Source: Eledone cirrhosa (Eukaryota). Taken from it: a stretch of DNA of 64,000 nt. A program made the position numbers and the translations under genes. The number at the start of each line of letters is the position of its first letter. Positions within the stretch are counted from its first letter, which is position 1. The stretch lies in the NCBI GenBank assembly GCA_964016885.1, contig OZ024740.1:63550001-63614000 (forward strand). The letters are read 5' to 3'. Below the pieces are notes generated by a model. The model saw nothing but the letters and a program-made list of their open reading frames with translations, ran no database searches and had not been told where the DNA came from. Shown here piece after piece: positions 1-15,692 of this stretch.

Positions 1-394
1 TACGTGAATATATATTTAATATAAATATTAAAAAAAATATATTGTATTTACATAAATATACATACATGCAAATAGACGCGCATGGACAGAACTAAATGGA
101 AGAGCTTATGTACACTGACAAAGTTTAAACACAGATTTCTAAGTTTCTTTATTCAATAAGAAGACTATTTGTTGATATTTATTTGACAATCAATTTGAAC
201 AATGCTAGTGAGAGGGATAATGCTAGTGAGAGGGATGGAAGTAAATTCTTTGATGAAGTGACGTTTTTACTGGGCTACAGTCTGTTTTCTTAAAGAGTTG
301 AGCGTGTATATATTGTGGATGCAATGGTGGAAATAAGAAAAAAAATAATAAGTAAGTATTACATCTTTTATTTCATATCTATCTATCTATCTAC

Positions 395-452
<58 letters not shown>

Positions 453-459
453 CTCTCTG

Positions 460-526
<67 letters not shown>

Positions 527-621
527 ATATTCATACATACATACACACCCACTCTCTCTTACACGCACATACACACACACTCACACACTCACACACACAC
601 ACATATATATATATATTTATG

Positions 622-711
<90 letters not shown>

Positions 712-840
712 AATATATATATATATATATATATACATATATATACATATATTTATAAATATATATATATATATACTGTGTTAATAAAAGTCTACTTGTT
801 CATTTCACCTATACGTACATTCATATACAACAATATATCC

Positions 841-1505
<665 letters not shown>

Positions 1506-1507
1506 TA

Positions 1508-1558
<51 letters not shown>

Positions 1559-1583
1559 ATATACATATATATATACATATATT

Positions 1584-1615
<32 letters not shown>

Positions 1616-1682
1616 GTGTGTGTTAATAAAAGTCTACCTGTTCATTTCACCTATACGTAGATTCATATACAACAATATATAC

Positions 1683-1793
<111 letters not shown>

Positions 1794-2065
1794 AATATAT
1801 GTATATATATATAGAGGTTTACATATACATAAACTAGACAGAGCTATATATATATATGTTTTTTGGCAACCATTCACGGTGTGGCTCAATGACGAATTAA
1901 TTAATTAAATAATTAACAATCAGAGCAATATATAAGAAAGTAAGTCCTTAGAATCATTTGATAAAATATATACAGTATATATACAGTATATATACAGAAG
2001 AAATAATGTATATATTTTATCTAATGTATCAATGTATCAATTGTATATATATATATATATATATA

Positions 2066-2282
2066 TGACAGTCGATTGACTTTCGTCAAATCGGACCGAG
2101 GAAACAATGTTTCCATTGGTCTTTCCAATTGCTAATACTATCTATCGGTCGCAACTCCAGGTAGAAGGAGCAACGTTAAATAAAGTGTCTTGCCCAAGGA
2201 CATAACGCATCGCCTGGTCCAGGAATCGAACTCACAACTTGACGATTGAGAGTTCAATTCTCTTAGCCACGCACCTTCACAT
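2066..2282 (-). mobile_element. tRNA-derived SINE; second copy at 10271-10488
   Basis: Minus strand has a tRNA-like head (TGGCT...GAGTTCGATTCC B box) followed by GTCCTTGRGCAAGACACTTT. Closely similar to 10271-10488. Confidence 0.75.
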
Positions 2283-2293
2283 ATATATATATT

Positions 2294-2359
<66 letters not shown>

Positions 2360-2516
2360 CGTGTGTAGGTGTGTGGGGGGGGGGGGGGGGCGATGTGTGT
2401 AACATAACATATGCTTGCCTGTTTTATAACTAGATAGCTATATAGATAGAGAAATAGAAGGAAAGATTGTAATGTTTCTTGCTTTGTATTATCTGCCTTT
2501 TACACACGCACACACA

Positions 2517-2569
<53 letters not shown>

Positions 2570-2995
2570 GCACACACATACACACATACACACACACACA
2601 TGCACACATATACATGCTCACAGCCGAATGTACACACGTACCTATGTATGTAAGTATGTATTTATGTATATCTCTTTCTCTTAATTTCGAGTATATTTTT
2701 TTGACCGGCCACCTTCCTGGTGGCAAGGTTGTAAAAGAAAAGAAATTGTCATCCCTTGAATCGCAAGAATGTTTTGCAAATGTATATATGTATGTAGGTA
2801 TGAATGTATGTATATATGTAGGTAGACTGTATGTAAGTATGTGTATATGTATGTATATTTGTACGTATGTATGTATGTATATATGTACGTATGCATGTAT
2901 GTAAGTATGTATGTATGTACGTATGTATGTATATATGTAGGTTGGTAGAATGTATGTATGTATGTACGTATGTATGTAAGTATGTATGTAAGTAT

Positions 2996-3205
2996 GTTTC
3001 TAGGAGAAGGCATCTCAGGAAACTGGGTTAACTCCGATATAAAACCTGCGGCTCAGTAGTTACCGATGATGTTGATCTTTTCTTCTTTTCGGGTTATAGC
3101 TACTGTCGCTCAGAGAGTGGGATTGGCTCAGTGCACAGTCTTTCCTCACTTTAAAAATATTCGTCACGCACAGGCATTGCACGAGTGCATTAATAATTAT
3201 TAATA
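2996..3205 (+). mobile_element. 5' part of an RTE-related short element, or the RTE 5' UTR
   Basis: Aligns with 59580-59790 and 60870-61000. Contains an RTE-UTR-like TAGGAGAAGG...ATAAAACC motif. Confidence 0.65.
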
Positions 3206-3243
3206 GTGTACTACTATTATTATTATTATTATTACTATTATTA

Positions 3244-3275
<32 letters not shown>

Positions 3276-3357
3276 CCAATTCAATGATGTTCCAGAACAA
3301 TGTAACAGAGATAATTGGCAATTTAGGTTCTGGAACAAAAAAGATCATTGGCAATAA

Positions 3358-6300
3358 GGGCAGGGGCCCAAGTTATCACAGCCTGGGCCCGCTCGTCATC
3401 GTGCCATTGTAATAGAGCCAAACAAGGCATTTAGTCTTGGCTGCTGGAACGTACGGACGCTGCTTGACAGGGATTCCTTGGAGCGTCCTGAACGAAGGAC
3501 CGCTCTTGTTGCAAAGGAGCTTCGACGTTACGATCTTGACATCGTGGCTTTATCTGAGACGAGGTTAGCTGGGGATGGTCATCTTACGGAATTTTGCGGA
3601 GAATATACATTCTTCTGGAAAGGAAGAGATGAAGGAACCAGAAGAGAGGCTGGGGTAGGATTTGCTGTTAAGACTGTACTTGTGAATAAATTAGAAGAAT
3701 TCCCAGTAGGGATTAGTGAGCGTCTTATGTCCATGAGAGTTCCGCTGGACAAAGGAAGATATGCTACCCTGGTGAGTGTGTATGCTCCAACTATGAATTC
3801 TGTCGATGAAGAAAAACTGTCCTTTTACCATGCCTTGAAAGGTGTTCTAAGAAATATCCCTCAGGCAGACAAAGTCATCGTGCTTGGTGACTTTAATGAT
3901 AGAGTGGGTAGGGATTTTAACACATGGAATGTAATCGGAAGGCATGGGGTGGGAAAGTGTAACAGCAATGGTATGCTCCTGCTGCAGATGTGTGAGGAGC
4001 TGGATCTGTGTGTTACCAACACCATGTTCCAACAAAAGAACAAATTCAAGACCACATGGATGCATCCTGCATCTAAGGAATGGCATCTTTTGGACTACGT
4101 CCTAGTCAGGATGCGTGACAGACAGGATGTGCAGTGTGTTCGTGTTCTTCGTGGAGCTGAGTGCTGGACGGACCACCGCCTGGTACGCGCAAAAGTGAAA
4201 CTAATCACCAAACGTAAAATCCGGGCTCCTGGTGTTACCCTGCCCAAAAGATTGAATGCTGCTCGTTTTAAGGATAAAAATGTGAAGAGGACATTGGAAG
4301 AAGAGATGCAGGCTGCAGATCTTGGTGAGGATTGGCCGACCCTTAAAAAGTCGGTTTATGATGTAGGCAGGCGTGTTCTGGGATTGGTGCAGAGAAAACA
4401 TCAGGACTGGTTTAATGAGAATGATGTACATATAGAAGACTTGTTGGCTGATAAGAGGCGTGCTCTGTCACGCAACTTGACGGCAAAACCACAGGAGAGG
4501 AATACGTTGCATGAGGAGCTCAGGGATGTAAAATCACGTGTTAGGCGGAGTCTTTCTCAGATGAAGGATCAGTGGTGGAGTGAGAAGGCTGGTGAGATAC
4601 AAACTGCGTCTGATTCCAATAACACAAAGCTGTTGTACAGTCTCTTGCGTGAGGTTTATGGAACGTCTTCTTCTCTGGTGACACCGCTTCGCAGCAAGGA
4701 AGGCAAAGAACTTCTTCGTGACTCACAGGGAATTCTACGAAGGTGGCGAGAGCACTTTGATGATCTTTTGAATCAGCCGTCTGTCGTCAGTGAAGATTTC
4801 CTCAATCTCATTCCAGAAAGTCCTGTGAAAGTAGCTCTCGCAGAACCTCCGACACCTGTGGAGGTTGCAGTGGCTATTTCGAAGCTGAACAGTGGAAGAT
4901 CTCCAGGTATGGATGGCATACATGCTGAGCTCCTACAATATGGTGGTGAGAGACTCCTGCAACATCTGCACTCTTTGTTTGGAAGGATATGGGCTAATGA
5001 AACCGTACCTGAGGACTGGAGAGATGCAGTAATGGTGGTCTTGTACAAGGGAAAGGGTAACAGGAATGATTGTGGGAACTACAGAGGTATATCATTGCTT
5101 TCTGTCGTAGGGAAAGTTTTATGTAGGGTGCTTCTGGACCGTCTGCTGACACACATTGCAGATTGTGTTCTTCCTGAAAGTCAATCTGGTTTTCGTGCTG
5201 GACGCGGCACTACTGATATGATCTTCTCAGCTAGACAGCTCCAGGAGAAGTGCATTGAACAAGGCTTGGATCTGTATCAGGTTTTTGTCGATCTGACAAA
5301 GGCTTTCGATACTGTCAACAGAGAGGCATTATGGAAGGTTCTCCAGAAACTTGGTTGCCCTGATAAGTTCCTTGCTTTAGTTAGGTCTTTCCATGACGAC
5401 ATAAAGGCTTGGGTTAATGTCGGAGGTAACATGTCGGAGCCTATCTCAGTAAAAAATGGAGTGAAATAGGGGGATATTCCAGCACCGACCCTGTTTGCCA
5501 TATACTTTGCAATGGTTTTCTGTATTGCATTCAGGAATTGCGAGCTTGGTGTTTACATCCGATATCGAACCTCAGGCAGCATATTTAACATCAGGCGCTT
5601 TGCTGCGAAGACAAAAGTATTTACATCAATCATAAGAGACCTCTTGTATGCAGATGATTGCGATCTTGTAGCGCACACAGAGAGTGAAATGCAGCACATT
5701 TTGAATGCATTTTCTGACGCTTGCACTGCCCTGGGTTTGACTGTCAGTCTCAAGAAAACCGTCGTCATGCACCAACCTGCCCCTAGTAAGCAGTACACTG
5801 AACCAAACATCTATGTGTATGGCAAACGACATGGAGTGGTTGATAAGTTTGTCTACCTGGGAAGCACTGTCAATCGATACGGCAACCTTGACGGTGAAAT
5901 CTCACTTAGGATTAGGAAAGCAAGTGATGCTTTCGGAAAGCTAGAAAGGCGACTCTGGGGTCGGCGAGACATATGCAGGAGGACAAAGGTAAAGGTGTAC
6001 AGGGCATGTGTGCTCTCTTGTCTTCTTTATGCCTGCGAGACCTTGGTCACATATCGACACCACCTTAAGCAATTGGAGCGCTTCCATCAGATGTGTCTCA
6101 GACGGATCCATGGCGTTCACTGGAGGGACCACATCAGTGATGTCGAGATTTTGGAAAGCTCTATGTGTGACAGTATAGAAGCTCTTGTGCTTAAGCAACG
6201 ACTCCGTTGGAGTGGTCACCTTGCCAGGATGAAGGATTCTAGAATACCAAAACAACTCTTTTATGGAGAGTTGGTTAAAGGAAAACGACCGCCACATAAA

Positions 6301-6828
6301 CCAAAAAAGAGGTATAAGGAATCCTTGAAAGCCTCTCTGAAAGACGCTAACATCTCTGCTGATACATGGGAAAATATTGCTGCTGATCGTAATAAATGGA
6401 GAAAGACTGTATATGAGGGAAAAGTTGCCTTTGAGGCATCTCGAATCGCACACGAGAAAGTAAAGCGGGATGTGAGGAAGGGCATTGCTGTTGCACTTCC
6501 AGACGGCGAGGGTCCTCCTATGGTGCTGACATGCAGCGTCTGTGCGAGACTCTGCCTAAGCAAAGCTGGACTCGAAAGTCATCTTCGCAGTCATAAAGTA
6601 AGACCAGTGGTTGACTACCAGGCTGCTGTTGGAGATGCTACTCATCATGCTTGCCAAACATGTGATAGAGAATGTAAATCAGCAGGAGGGCTCAAGCGAC
6701 ATGCAAAAGTACACGAACTCCAACCACAGCCGACTATTCCCAGTGAATGTTTTGGTTGCCGACTCTGTGCAAAACATTTTAGATCATTGGCTGGGCTAAA
6801 AAGCCACATTCGATCGCAGCACTGTTAG
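3358..6828 (+). pseudogene. Near full-length RTE-clade LINE ORF: APE endonuclease, reverse transcriptase and three C-terminal C2H2 zinc fingers; one premature TAG at 5467-5469
   Basis: APE motifs: WNVRTL, ALSETR, YAPT, GDFN, LDYVL, TDH. RT motifs: NYRGISLL, FVDLTKAFD, GVK*GD, LYADD, FVYLGS. ORFs 3478-5469 and 5512-6828 share a frame, which is open from 3358. Confidence 0.95.
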
Positions 6829-6834
6829 TTGTTA

Positions 6835-6904
<70 letters not shown>

Positions 6905-7078
6905 GCTTATGTGCGTGCGTGTGTGTGTATATATATATATGAATATGTATATTATTATTGTTGTTGTCGTTATTATTATTATTGCTATTATTATTATTAT
7001 TATTATTAGTTATTAATGCATGTGTGTGTGTGTGTATATGTGTGTGTGTATATGTATGTGTGTATGTATATATGTATG

Positions 7079-7143
<65 letters not shown>

Positions 7144-7158
7144 CTTTTTTTATTTATT

Positions 7159-7203
<45 letters not shown>

Positions 7204-7262
7204 TTATTTTATTTTATTTTATTTTATTTTTTATTTTTTTTATTTTTTATTTATTTTTTTTA

Positions 7263-7341
7263 TTCTCGTGCAATGGCCATACTCGATAACGAGGGGGCAG
7301 CCATCATGTAATTATGTATGTATGTACGTATGTATGTATAT
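7263..7341 (+). mobile_element. RTE-family 3' tail: CTCG-ATAA-CGAG hairpin, GCAGCCATC, (ATGT)n
   Basis: The same tail occurs at 59800-59855, 60335-60430, 60770-60870 and 61015-61070, and in diverged form at 36410-36470 after an RTE ORF remnant. Confidence 0.65.
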
Positions 7342-8790
7342 CAGTGAAACAGTTAGACCATTGATGACAATGTTGCTAGATTGGGTTGTTGTTTTTCCCC
7401 GCTTTACAGTCATGTATGAGCATTTATCTTGGCCAAACTCCATTCCTATATCCTTTGAGAACGTTGTAACCAGGTCAAGATTTTTCTTCATCCCATCCAT
7501 GTTCTTGGCATGGGGTTTAATGACAAGATGGGTTTAATGACAAGATGAACAATATCACAGAGAGACTGTCCCCCTGAAATATACCCCTGCAATATTTTAT
7601 TTTATCAGTGAAAATAGAGTCCTCCCTCTCTGTCTTTAACCTTAGGATAGTAGCCCAAGAAGAAGACAGCTTCTCTATGGCTCTGACAATAATGTCTGGG
7701 ACTTTAGCAAGTTGGAGGGCCTCTATCATCCAAGAGTGGGGAACAGAATCGAAAGCTTTCTTGTAGACCAGCCAGACTGTAGTCATATTCCTCCTAAGTT
7801 GTCGCACCTCCGACATCGCAGTTTTGTTGATTAGTTGTTCAGCACATCCCCAGACCTTTTTCTTTCCAGCTGCTTGTTCATCTGTGATTATGTTATAATT
7901 TTCACAGTGATCTTGGAGGAATAGGTTGAGGCAGGATGTATACATCTTATACATCAGGTTCTGGCATGCAATGGGTCGGCTTTTTTTTGCCGAGTGGGTG
8001 TATTTGTTCTTGGGGACCAGTAACGTTTGTACTAATGTCAACCATTCTGGTATAAGTGTATCTCCCTTAAGAACTTGTTGGTAGAGGTCAGTAAGATACC
8101 TCCGATAGAATATTAGTTTTTTGTACCAGTAGTCGACAATCATGTCTCTTCCTGCTGTTTTCTTATCTTGGAGTTTTCCTATCACAGTCTCAAGGATACC
8201 CTCACTTATTTCGTATGTTTTTGTTGTAGTGTAGGAGCAATAGTTCTTTCGGATTTCTCTCAGCCACACTGCATCTTTGTTGAAATTCTTCTTTTCACCC
8301 CATATTTTTCTCCAAAAGGAATCTATGTCTTTCTGGGATGGGGCCTCAGTGACACTTATTATTTTGCCCTTCATATCTCTATAGACTGATGTTTGGTTTC
8401 GTCTGAATCTTTTATTAAGCATTTTTCTCTCATCTACCTTCTTCAGGCATCGGCGTTTTTCACTAACAGCTCTCAATTCTTGTTTGGGAGTGATCAGCTT
8501 ATATTGGAGAGTTCTGGTTCTACTGTTACGAAACATCGTCTCTATTTTATTTTTCACTCTTTGTTGGTGAGGAGTGAGGTTTTTTTGTGTTTGTTTGCAT
8601 GTAAGGAGCATTATCACATGTCCTATGTTTTTTCGTAGGTCAGCACTCTTTTTTTCTATTTTAGTTATATATGATGGTATTTTTGGTGGCGTTTTGTTCT
8701 TGTTAATATCTCTGCAATCACCAAGATAATGCTTCACTGACATTGCTAAGGCATATAAACAGGCGTTGATTTGCCAAAATGTTGGGGTTT
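7342..8790 (-). mobile_element. R4/Dong-clade non-LTR retrotransposon, RT fragment
   Basis: RPIACQNLMYK, EQAAGKK..GCAEQL, YKKAFDSVPHSW, GIFQGDSLS..LF, FSKDIGMEFGQDKC. The YxDD segment is missing. Flanked by (ATGT)n. Confidence 0.85.
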
Positions 8791-9137
8791 ATATGTATGT
8801 ATGTATGTACGTATGTACGTATGTATGTATATATGTATGTATATATGTATTATGTATGTATGTATGTAAGTATGTATGTATATATGTATGTATCTAATTC
8901 AGGTTTTATACACGGTATTATTTAAACATATCTGGTCAAATAAATAATGTTTGTATGAACAATACAGTGGTCATCCATGCATATAAATGCCATTCGTTTT
9001 ATAAATACTGTTCACCTGTGGTATATTATATCAAAAGTCATTAACCTATTGTGTAATGAGTGTATGTATATATGCCCGTCTCGCGGTGTTTAATCGTCTC
9101 TCACTTCCGAATCAAAAAGGAAGGAAGTTTGTACGAA

Positions 9138-9218
<81 letters not shown>

Positions 9219-9316
9219 TAAAATAACAGATTAAAGTTTAAGCAAAGAATCGCTGCTTTCTCTTTGGATTTTAGCCTTCAAATTTATTATTATTACTATA
9301 TATATATATATATATA

Positions 9317-10214
9317 CGAAGTGGGTCAGAAAAGTTCCTGGACTGATGTCACAAAAGATTTATTTCAAACCCAAACTTCACATTAAGAGTTTTCTCCTTC
9401 AAAGTAATCTCTCTGGAGTCTGATGCAATTTTCCATCCTTTTCTGCCACGCTTGCATGCACTCCTGGAAGGATTCTTCCGGGATCCTCCGCAGTCCCGTC
9501 GTCATGGCCTTTTTGATGTCGTCCACGTCTTCATAACGGGTCCCCTCCGGGTCGTACTCGAACATCCATGATTCATCACCGGTGATGACTGTCCCTAGCA
9601 AGTCTGGTTCGGTTTCAAGACGCTCGAGGATGTCCTGGCACGCTTGCATGCGTCGACTCTTCTGTCATCGTTCAGCAGTTTTGGCACCATCTTCGCGTAG
9701 ACTTTCCGCATGTCCTAATCTTCAGTGAGAATCTTCCAGACGCTGTCCCAATTCATGCCCAGCTCATTTGCCATCAGTCGAACAGTCAGCCGGCGATCGC
9801 TACGTACCATCTGCCTGACGAGCTCAACGTTGACCTCAGTCCTGGTTGTTGAGGGCCTTTCGCTCCTGGGGTCATCTTCCACGTCCTCGCGTCTTTCTTT
9901 AAACCTCTTGCACCACTCAAAAACACGTGAGCGTGACATCGTCTCATCTCCATACACTTGCTACAGCGGAGTTTTCCCCAACCGTACAAGAAACTTCAAG
10001 TTTGTTCGTTGCTCTGTGCTCATTGCTTGACGACCTGAAACAGAGAATATGTTTATAAAATTATGAAGAAAAAAGTTTGATCGCTGCAGAGAGCTAAGAT
10101 TACAATTACATACTCCAGGGGGGTTACTTTGAAGGATAAAACTCTTAGTGTGAAGCTTGGGTTTGAAATAAATCTTTTGTGACATCAGTCCTGGAACTTT
10201 TCTGACAGACCTCG
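9317..10214 (-). mobile_element. Internally deleted mariner transposon with ~100 bp TIRs and TA target duplication
   Basis: TA|CGAAGTGGGTCAGAAAAGTTCC ... GGAACTTTTCTGACAGACCTCG|TA. Transposase pieces: MSTEQRTNLKFLVRLGKT, VFEWCKRFKE..EDVEDDPRS, VITGDESWMFEYDPE. Confidence 0.92.
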
Positions 10215-10270
10215 TATATATATATCTATCTATCTATATATATATATATGCATATATCTATATAAAAAGG

Positions 10271-10488
10271 ATCGATCGACTTTCGTCAAATCGGACCGAG
10301 GAAACAATATTTTCATCGGTCTTTCCAGTTGCTAGTACTATCTATCGGTCGCAACTCCAGTTAGAAGGAGCAACGAGAAATAAAGTGTCTTGCTCAAGGA
10401 CATAACGTATCGCCCGGCTCAGGAATCGAACTCACAACCTCAAGATTGTGAATCCAATTCTCTAACCACTCAGCCACACGCCTTCACA
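10271..10488 (-). mobile_element. tRNA-derived SINE, same family as 2066-2282
   Basis: Minus strand: TGGCTGAGTGG A box, GAGTTCGATTCC B box, then GTCCTTGAGCAAGACACTTT. Confidence 0.75.
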
Positions 10489-10529
10489 TATAATATATGC
10501 ATATATATATATATATATATAAATATATT

Positions 10530-12005
<1,476 letters not shown>

Positions 12006-12021
12006 TAGACTAGGGGAGGGG

Positions 12022-12471
12022 GTGGTGGGGGTACTAAGGCTAGTGTCGAGGGAGGGCCTCGACATCCATCTGGCCCACTCGGGCCCCTCCCTGCGAAGAT
12101 GCCTCTCCAGGAAACCCGGGAAATCTACTGACACATGCTCCCTCAGAGACTGCCCGATACACCATGCGAACTGTTGCCTACGCACAAACGTCGTGTATAA
12201 GATAGAATGTGACAGGTGCAACCAATACTACATAGGTAGCACAATCCGACCTTTGCACATCCGGATCAAGGAACACACTAAAACCAGGGCCTCGTCTTTC
12301 CGGAAACACATAGACAAATGCGGAAATAAAGACGGAAGGCCCATTGTCACAATTCTAGCGACTGAAAGAAACGTCGGCACGTTACGTATCAAGGAAGCGC
12401 TTTTTATCAAACGCCTGCAACCGCAAATAAACAACCGATCAGAGAGAAGCGAAATGAGATGGCTGGTTTAA
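12022..12471 (+). pseudogene. Penelope-like element C-terminal GIY-YIG endonuclease (5'-truncated)
   Basis: CSLRDCPIH..CC, NVVYKIECDRCNQYYIGSTIRPLHIRIKEH, LRIKEALFIKRLQPQIN. Confidence 0.88.
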
Positions 12472-12866
12472 GCTAACAAACGATGCAGCAACACACGCAC
12501 ACGCACACACACAAACGAGACAACTACACACACACATGCACACACACACAGTAGCATTCCACCATACGAACATACTACACTGCCAATACAGAGGAACAAG
12601 GCAACAACACACGCACACACACACACTCAAGCGAGACAACAACACACGCACACACACACACACAGTAACATTTAACAAACAGGCAGAGAATGGACTGACA
12701 GCTAGCGCCACCCCACTCCCTCATTCGGCCGCTGACTTCTGCCCGACCGACCCCATTTCACGCGGACGCGCGCTCTGCCGAATACCTTAGATATTCAAAA
12801 CAACAAACAGCGGAGGACGCGTTTCGCACCTGTCCGACAGACAACCTTTCCCCCACCCCGGAAAAA

Positions 12867-12904
12867 CCCCCAGTTGATGGATGTGAATCCGAAATATATA
12901 GGGA
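12867..12904 (+). ncRNA. Degenerate minimal hammerhead downstream of the GIY-YIG ORF
   Basis: CCC-CAGTTGA-T-GGAT(gtga)ATCC-GAAA-TATA-TA-GGG. The core differs from CTGATGA at two positions. Confidence 0.45.
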
Positions 12905-13155
12905 CTATTAAATCTCTCCCAAGGTAACTCTCTCTCGTGTTGTTATTTTAATTTTATCCTTTATACTCTTTCCTTCATTCTTCTACACATCTCATACACA
13001 CCACGCATCTCAACGTACACCCACTTACATCTCTCTCTCCACCACCGGATCTTGTTACCCGGAGATTTACCCATTTGCATTGTCGAGGCTTCCAAGATAT
13101 TTACTTATTATTCCACAATGCTTCAAGCAAACTTCAATACTCTCATATATATATA

Positions 13156-13240
<85 letters not shown>

Positions 13241-13414
13241 TAAACGGAATAGAAAATGCTGACAAATTGTTCACAGTTGAAAAATGGTTTAATTAGGAAT
13301 AAAAGAGTATTAGTGATTGTATGGGTTAATATTCAGTTGTGGTTTTAAGTTTTTAAGTTTTTACCGGTTGCGCATTTCTAAATGCTTTTCAAAAATAATT
13401 TTGAGATAGAGTGT

Positions 13415-13450
13415 CCGTGCTGTTTGCTCTGATCAGAGCAAACAGCACGG
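13415..13450. repeat. Perfect 36 bp palindrome
   Basis: CCGTGCTGTTTGCTCTGA|TCAGAGCAAACAGCACGG. Confidence 0.95.
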
Positions 13451-13819
13451 TATTACTTCTACTACCACTATGACCACGATCACTAACAACAACAACAACA
13501 ACAACAACAATAATAATAATAATAATAAAAGTGATGTTGATGGTGATGATTAATAGAAAATGCTATTTTCATCATTTCAAAAAGCAAAACAATTGATACG
13601 TTGGATATGACTATTGGTCGTTAGCATGCTCAACCAGCCGTGACGCTTAAACCAATCAGCTGTAGTAATTCAGTGAAACTACACACTGATTGGTCGAAAT
13701 ACAGTTTACAGGGCTTTGTATTCTGGAGCCACTTTTCTCTGTATAAAATGTATAAAAGGTAGGAAATTTACCCATCTCATTACAGTTGAAAATTGCAAAC
13801 TCGACTGTCACCACATATC

Positions 13820-13860
13820 ATGAACCTGAAGATTACGAAAGCATGAAAGTACTTGTTCAT
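13820..13860 (+). ncRNA. Minimal type I hammerhead with a decayed stem II
   Basis: ATGAAC-CTGAAGA-TTAC(gaaa)GCAT-GAAA-GTAC-TT-GTTCAT. Stem I is 6 bp and perfect; stem III is palindromic. Confidence 0.65.
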
Positions 13861-14037
13861 TTAACACTTAGAATTTAATATTCTATCATACTATTTCATT
13901 ATAATACCATATTATATATATTTTAAAGGATTGTAAATAAAGTGAGTAAATCAGACAAAGTTGGAATTCCTCTTATTAATATAATCTTCTATACACAATC
14001 ATACACACCCGTGTATATTTACCTATCTATCTATCTA

Positions 14038-14084
<47 letters not shown>

Positions 14085-14210
14085 ATATATTTGTGTGTGT
14101 GTGCGTGTGTATGTGTGTTTTTTTCCTTCTTTAAATATATTGTTTCTTCTTTACTTAACATTCAGTTCCTTATTTAAATGTAACCACTTTTCGTTCGTCT
14201 TCGGAAAAAC

Positions 14211-14291
<81 letters not shown>

Positions 14292-14325
14292 ACACTCTCT
14301 CTCTCTCTCACTCTCTCTCTCTCTC

Positions 14326-14368
<43 letters not shown>

Positions 14369-14411
14369 CAAGATATTAATAAATGAAGACATTCACATAA
14401 TCAAAATATAT

Positions 14412-14476
14412 TTATTATTATATATATTTCGAAGGTACTGTGTTGTTTTTTCAATACGTCCTCGTCAGATAAAATA
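14412..14476 (-). ncRNA. Type I hammerhead in the PLE pseudo-LTR
   Basis: TTAT-CTGACGA-GGACGTATTG...CAGTACCTTC-GAAA-TATATA-TA-ATAA. Confidence 0.7.
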
Positions 14477-15692
14477 CATGAATTGATGTATGACATACCT
14501 CAACTGTCTTGATGGTTCAATTCCATATTGGCAGTGATTTATTACAAGAAATCTCACCATTTATATACGACAAATAATAACATGATAAACTTAAATATAA
14601 TGAAGAAGAGGATGGGGAGCGAGATATAAATATGAGGGGGTGAGTATGAGAAAATGTAAGAAGAAATAAATAAACACATACGTACATAAATATTTAAATG
14701 CGTAAATATACATATTAGGGAAGAAAAAAAGAGAGAGAGAAAGATAGAAAAAGAAAGAAGAGAGAAGAAAAAAGAGAAGAGAGAAGAAGGAGAGAGAGAG
14801 ATAGAAAAGAGAAGAAAGACGTAACTGCAAAAAGGAAAGAAAGAAATAAGGAAGAAAGAGACATGATGCGTGACCGTTGTTTTCAAATATTAAGTCAAAT
14901 AGAAGCGACCAATTAAATACGATGAAATTTTTTTAATATCTTTTGTATTTGGTTATGTTTAAGCTAATTATACTAATATATTATATCAAAATTAAACAAT
15001 ATAAAAATATTTTCTATAATAATCAGAAGCATAGTTTAATTAATATATTTATTAAATATTTTGTTACAAAATTAAAAAACATTTTTATCTATAAAGCAAG
15101 TTTAAATACATATTAAATATGTATAAGGATATTTACTACAACTTATGCGCATATCACCATCAGTATAGGCATTTTATATAATGTAAAAAATTATTATCTG
15201 AATTATTCTATTTTCATTATAAAAACAGTTCAATTCATTGGTTCTCATTTACTTACAGGATTAATAAGTAGTTATATTTACTCTTAAAAGTATTATTATT
15301 TCGATTTTACTTCTGTAATTACATCTTAATATATTTTAAATCATGTTAAATATACATTATTAATCCATTTCGATAGATCGAAATTATTTACGAAGAATGT
15401 AAACAAAGGAAGATAACTCCTTCAATTTATGTGATCATTTATGTTATCTAAGTTCTTTGAAAGCCAAAAGATATTTCAAACCGCAAATTCAGAAATTTCT
15501 AGTTATACAATGACCATTCTAAATCCGAACTTAGGATACTGAGTCACATCATGAGATTAATTTACTATATAAACAATATACAATTTTTAAGGTAAGGCAA
15601 AACAATATATATACAATAATAATAATAATATTTCAAGAATTATTAATAATAGTCAATATTTTTTTCTTCTTAGTCTTAGTCAGTATTTTTTT

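Noticed and set aside
10415-10488. tRNA genes, here and at other A/B-box sites
   Set aside because: No full cloverleaf; they continue into SINE bodies.
13075-13125. GCATTGTCG/CCACAATGC hairpin as another hammerhead
   Set aside because: No intact CUGANGA and GAAA pair on either strand.
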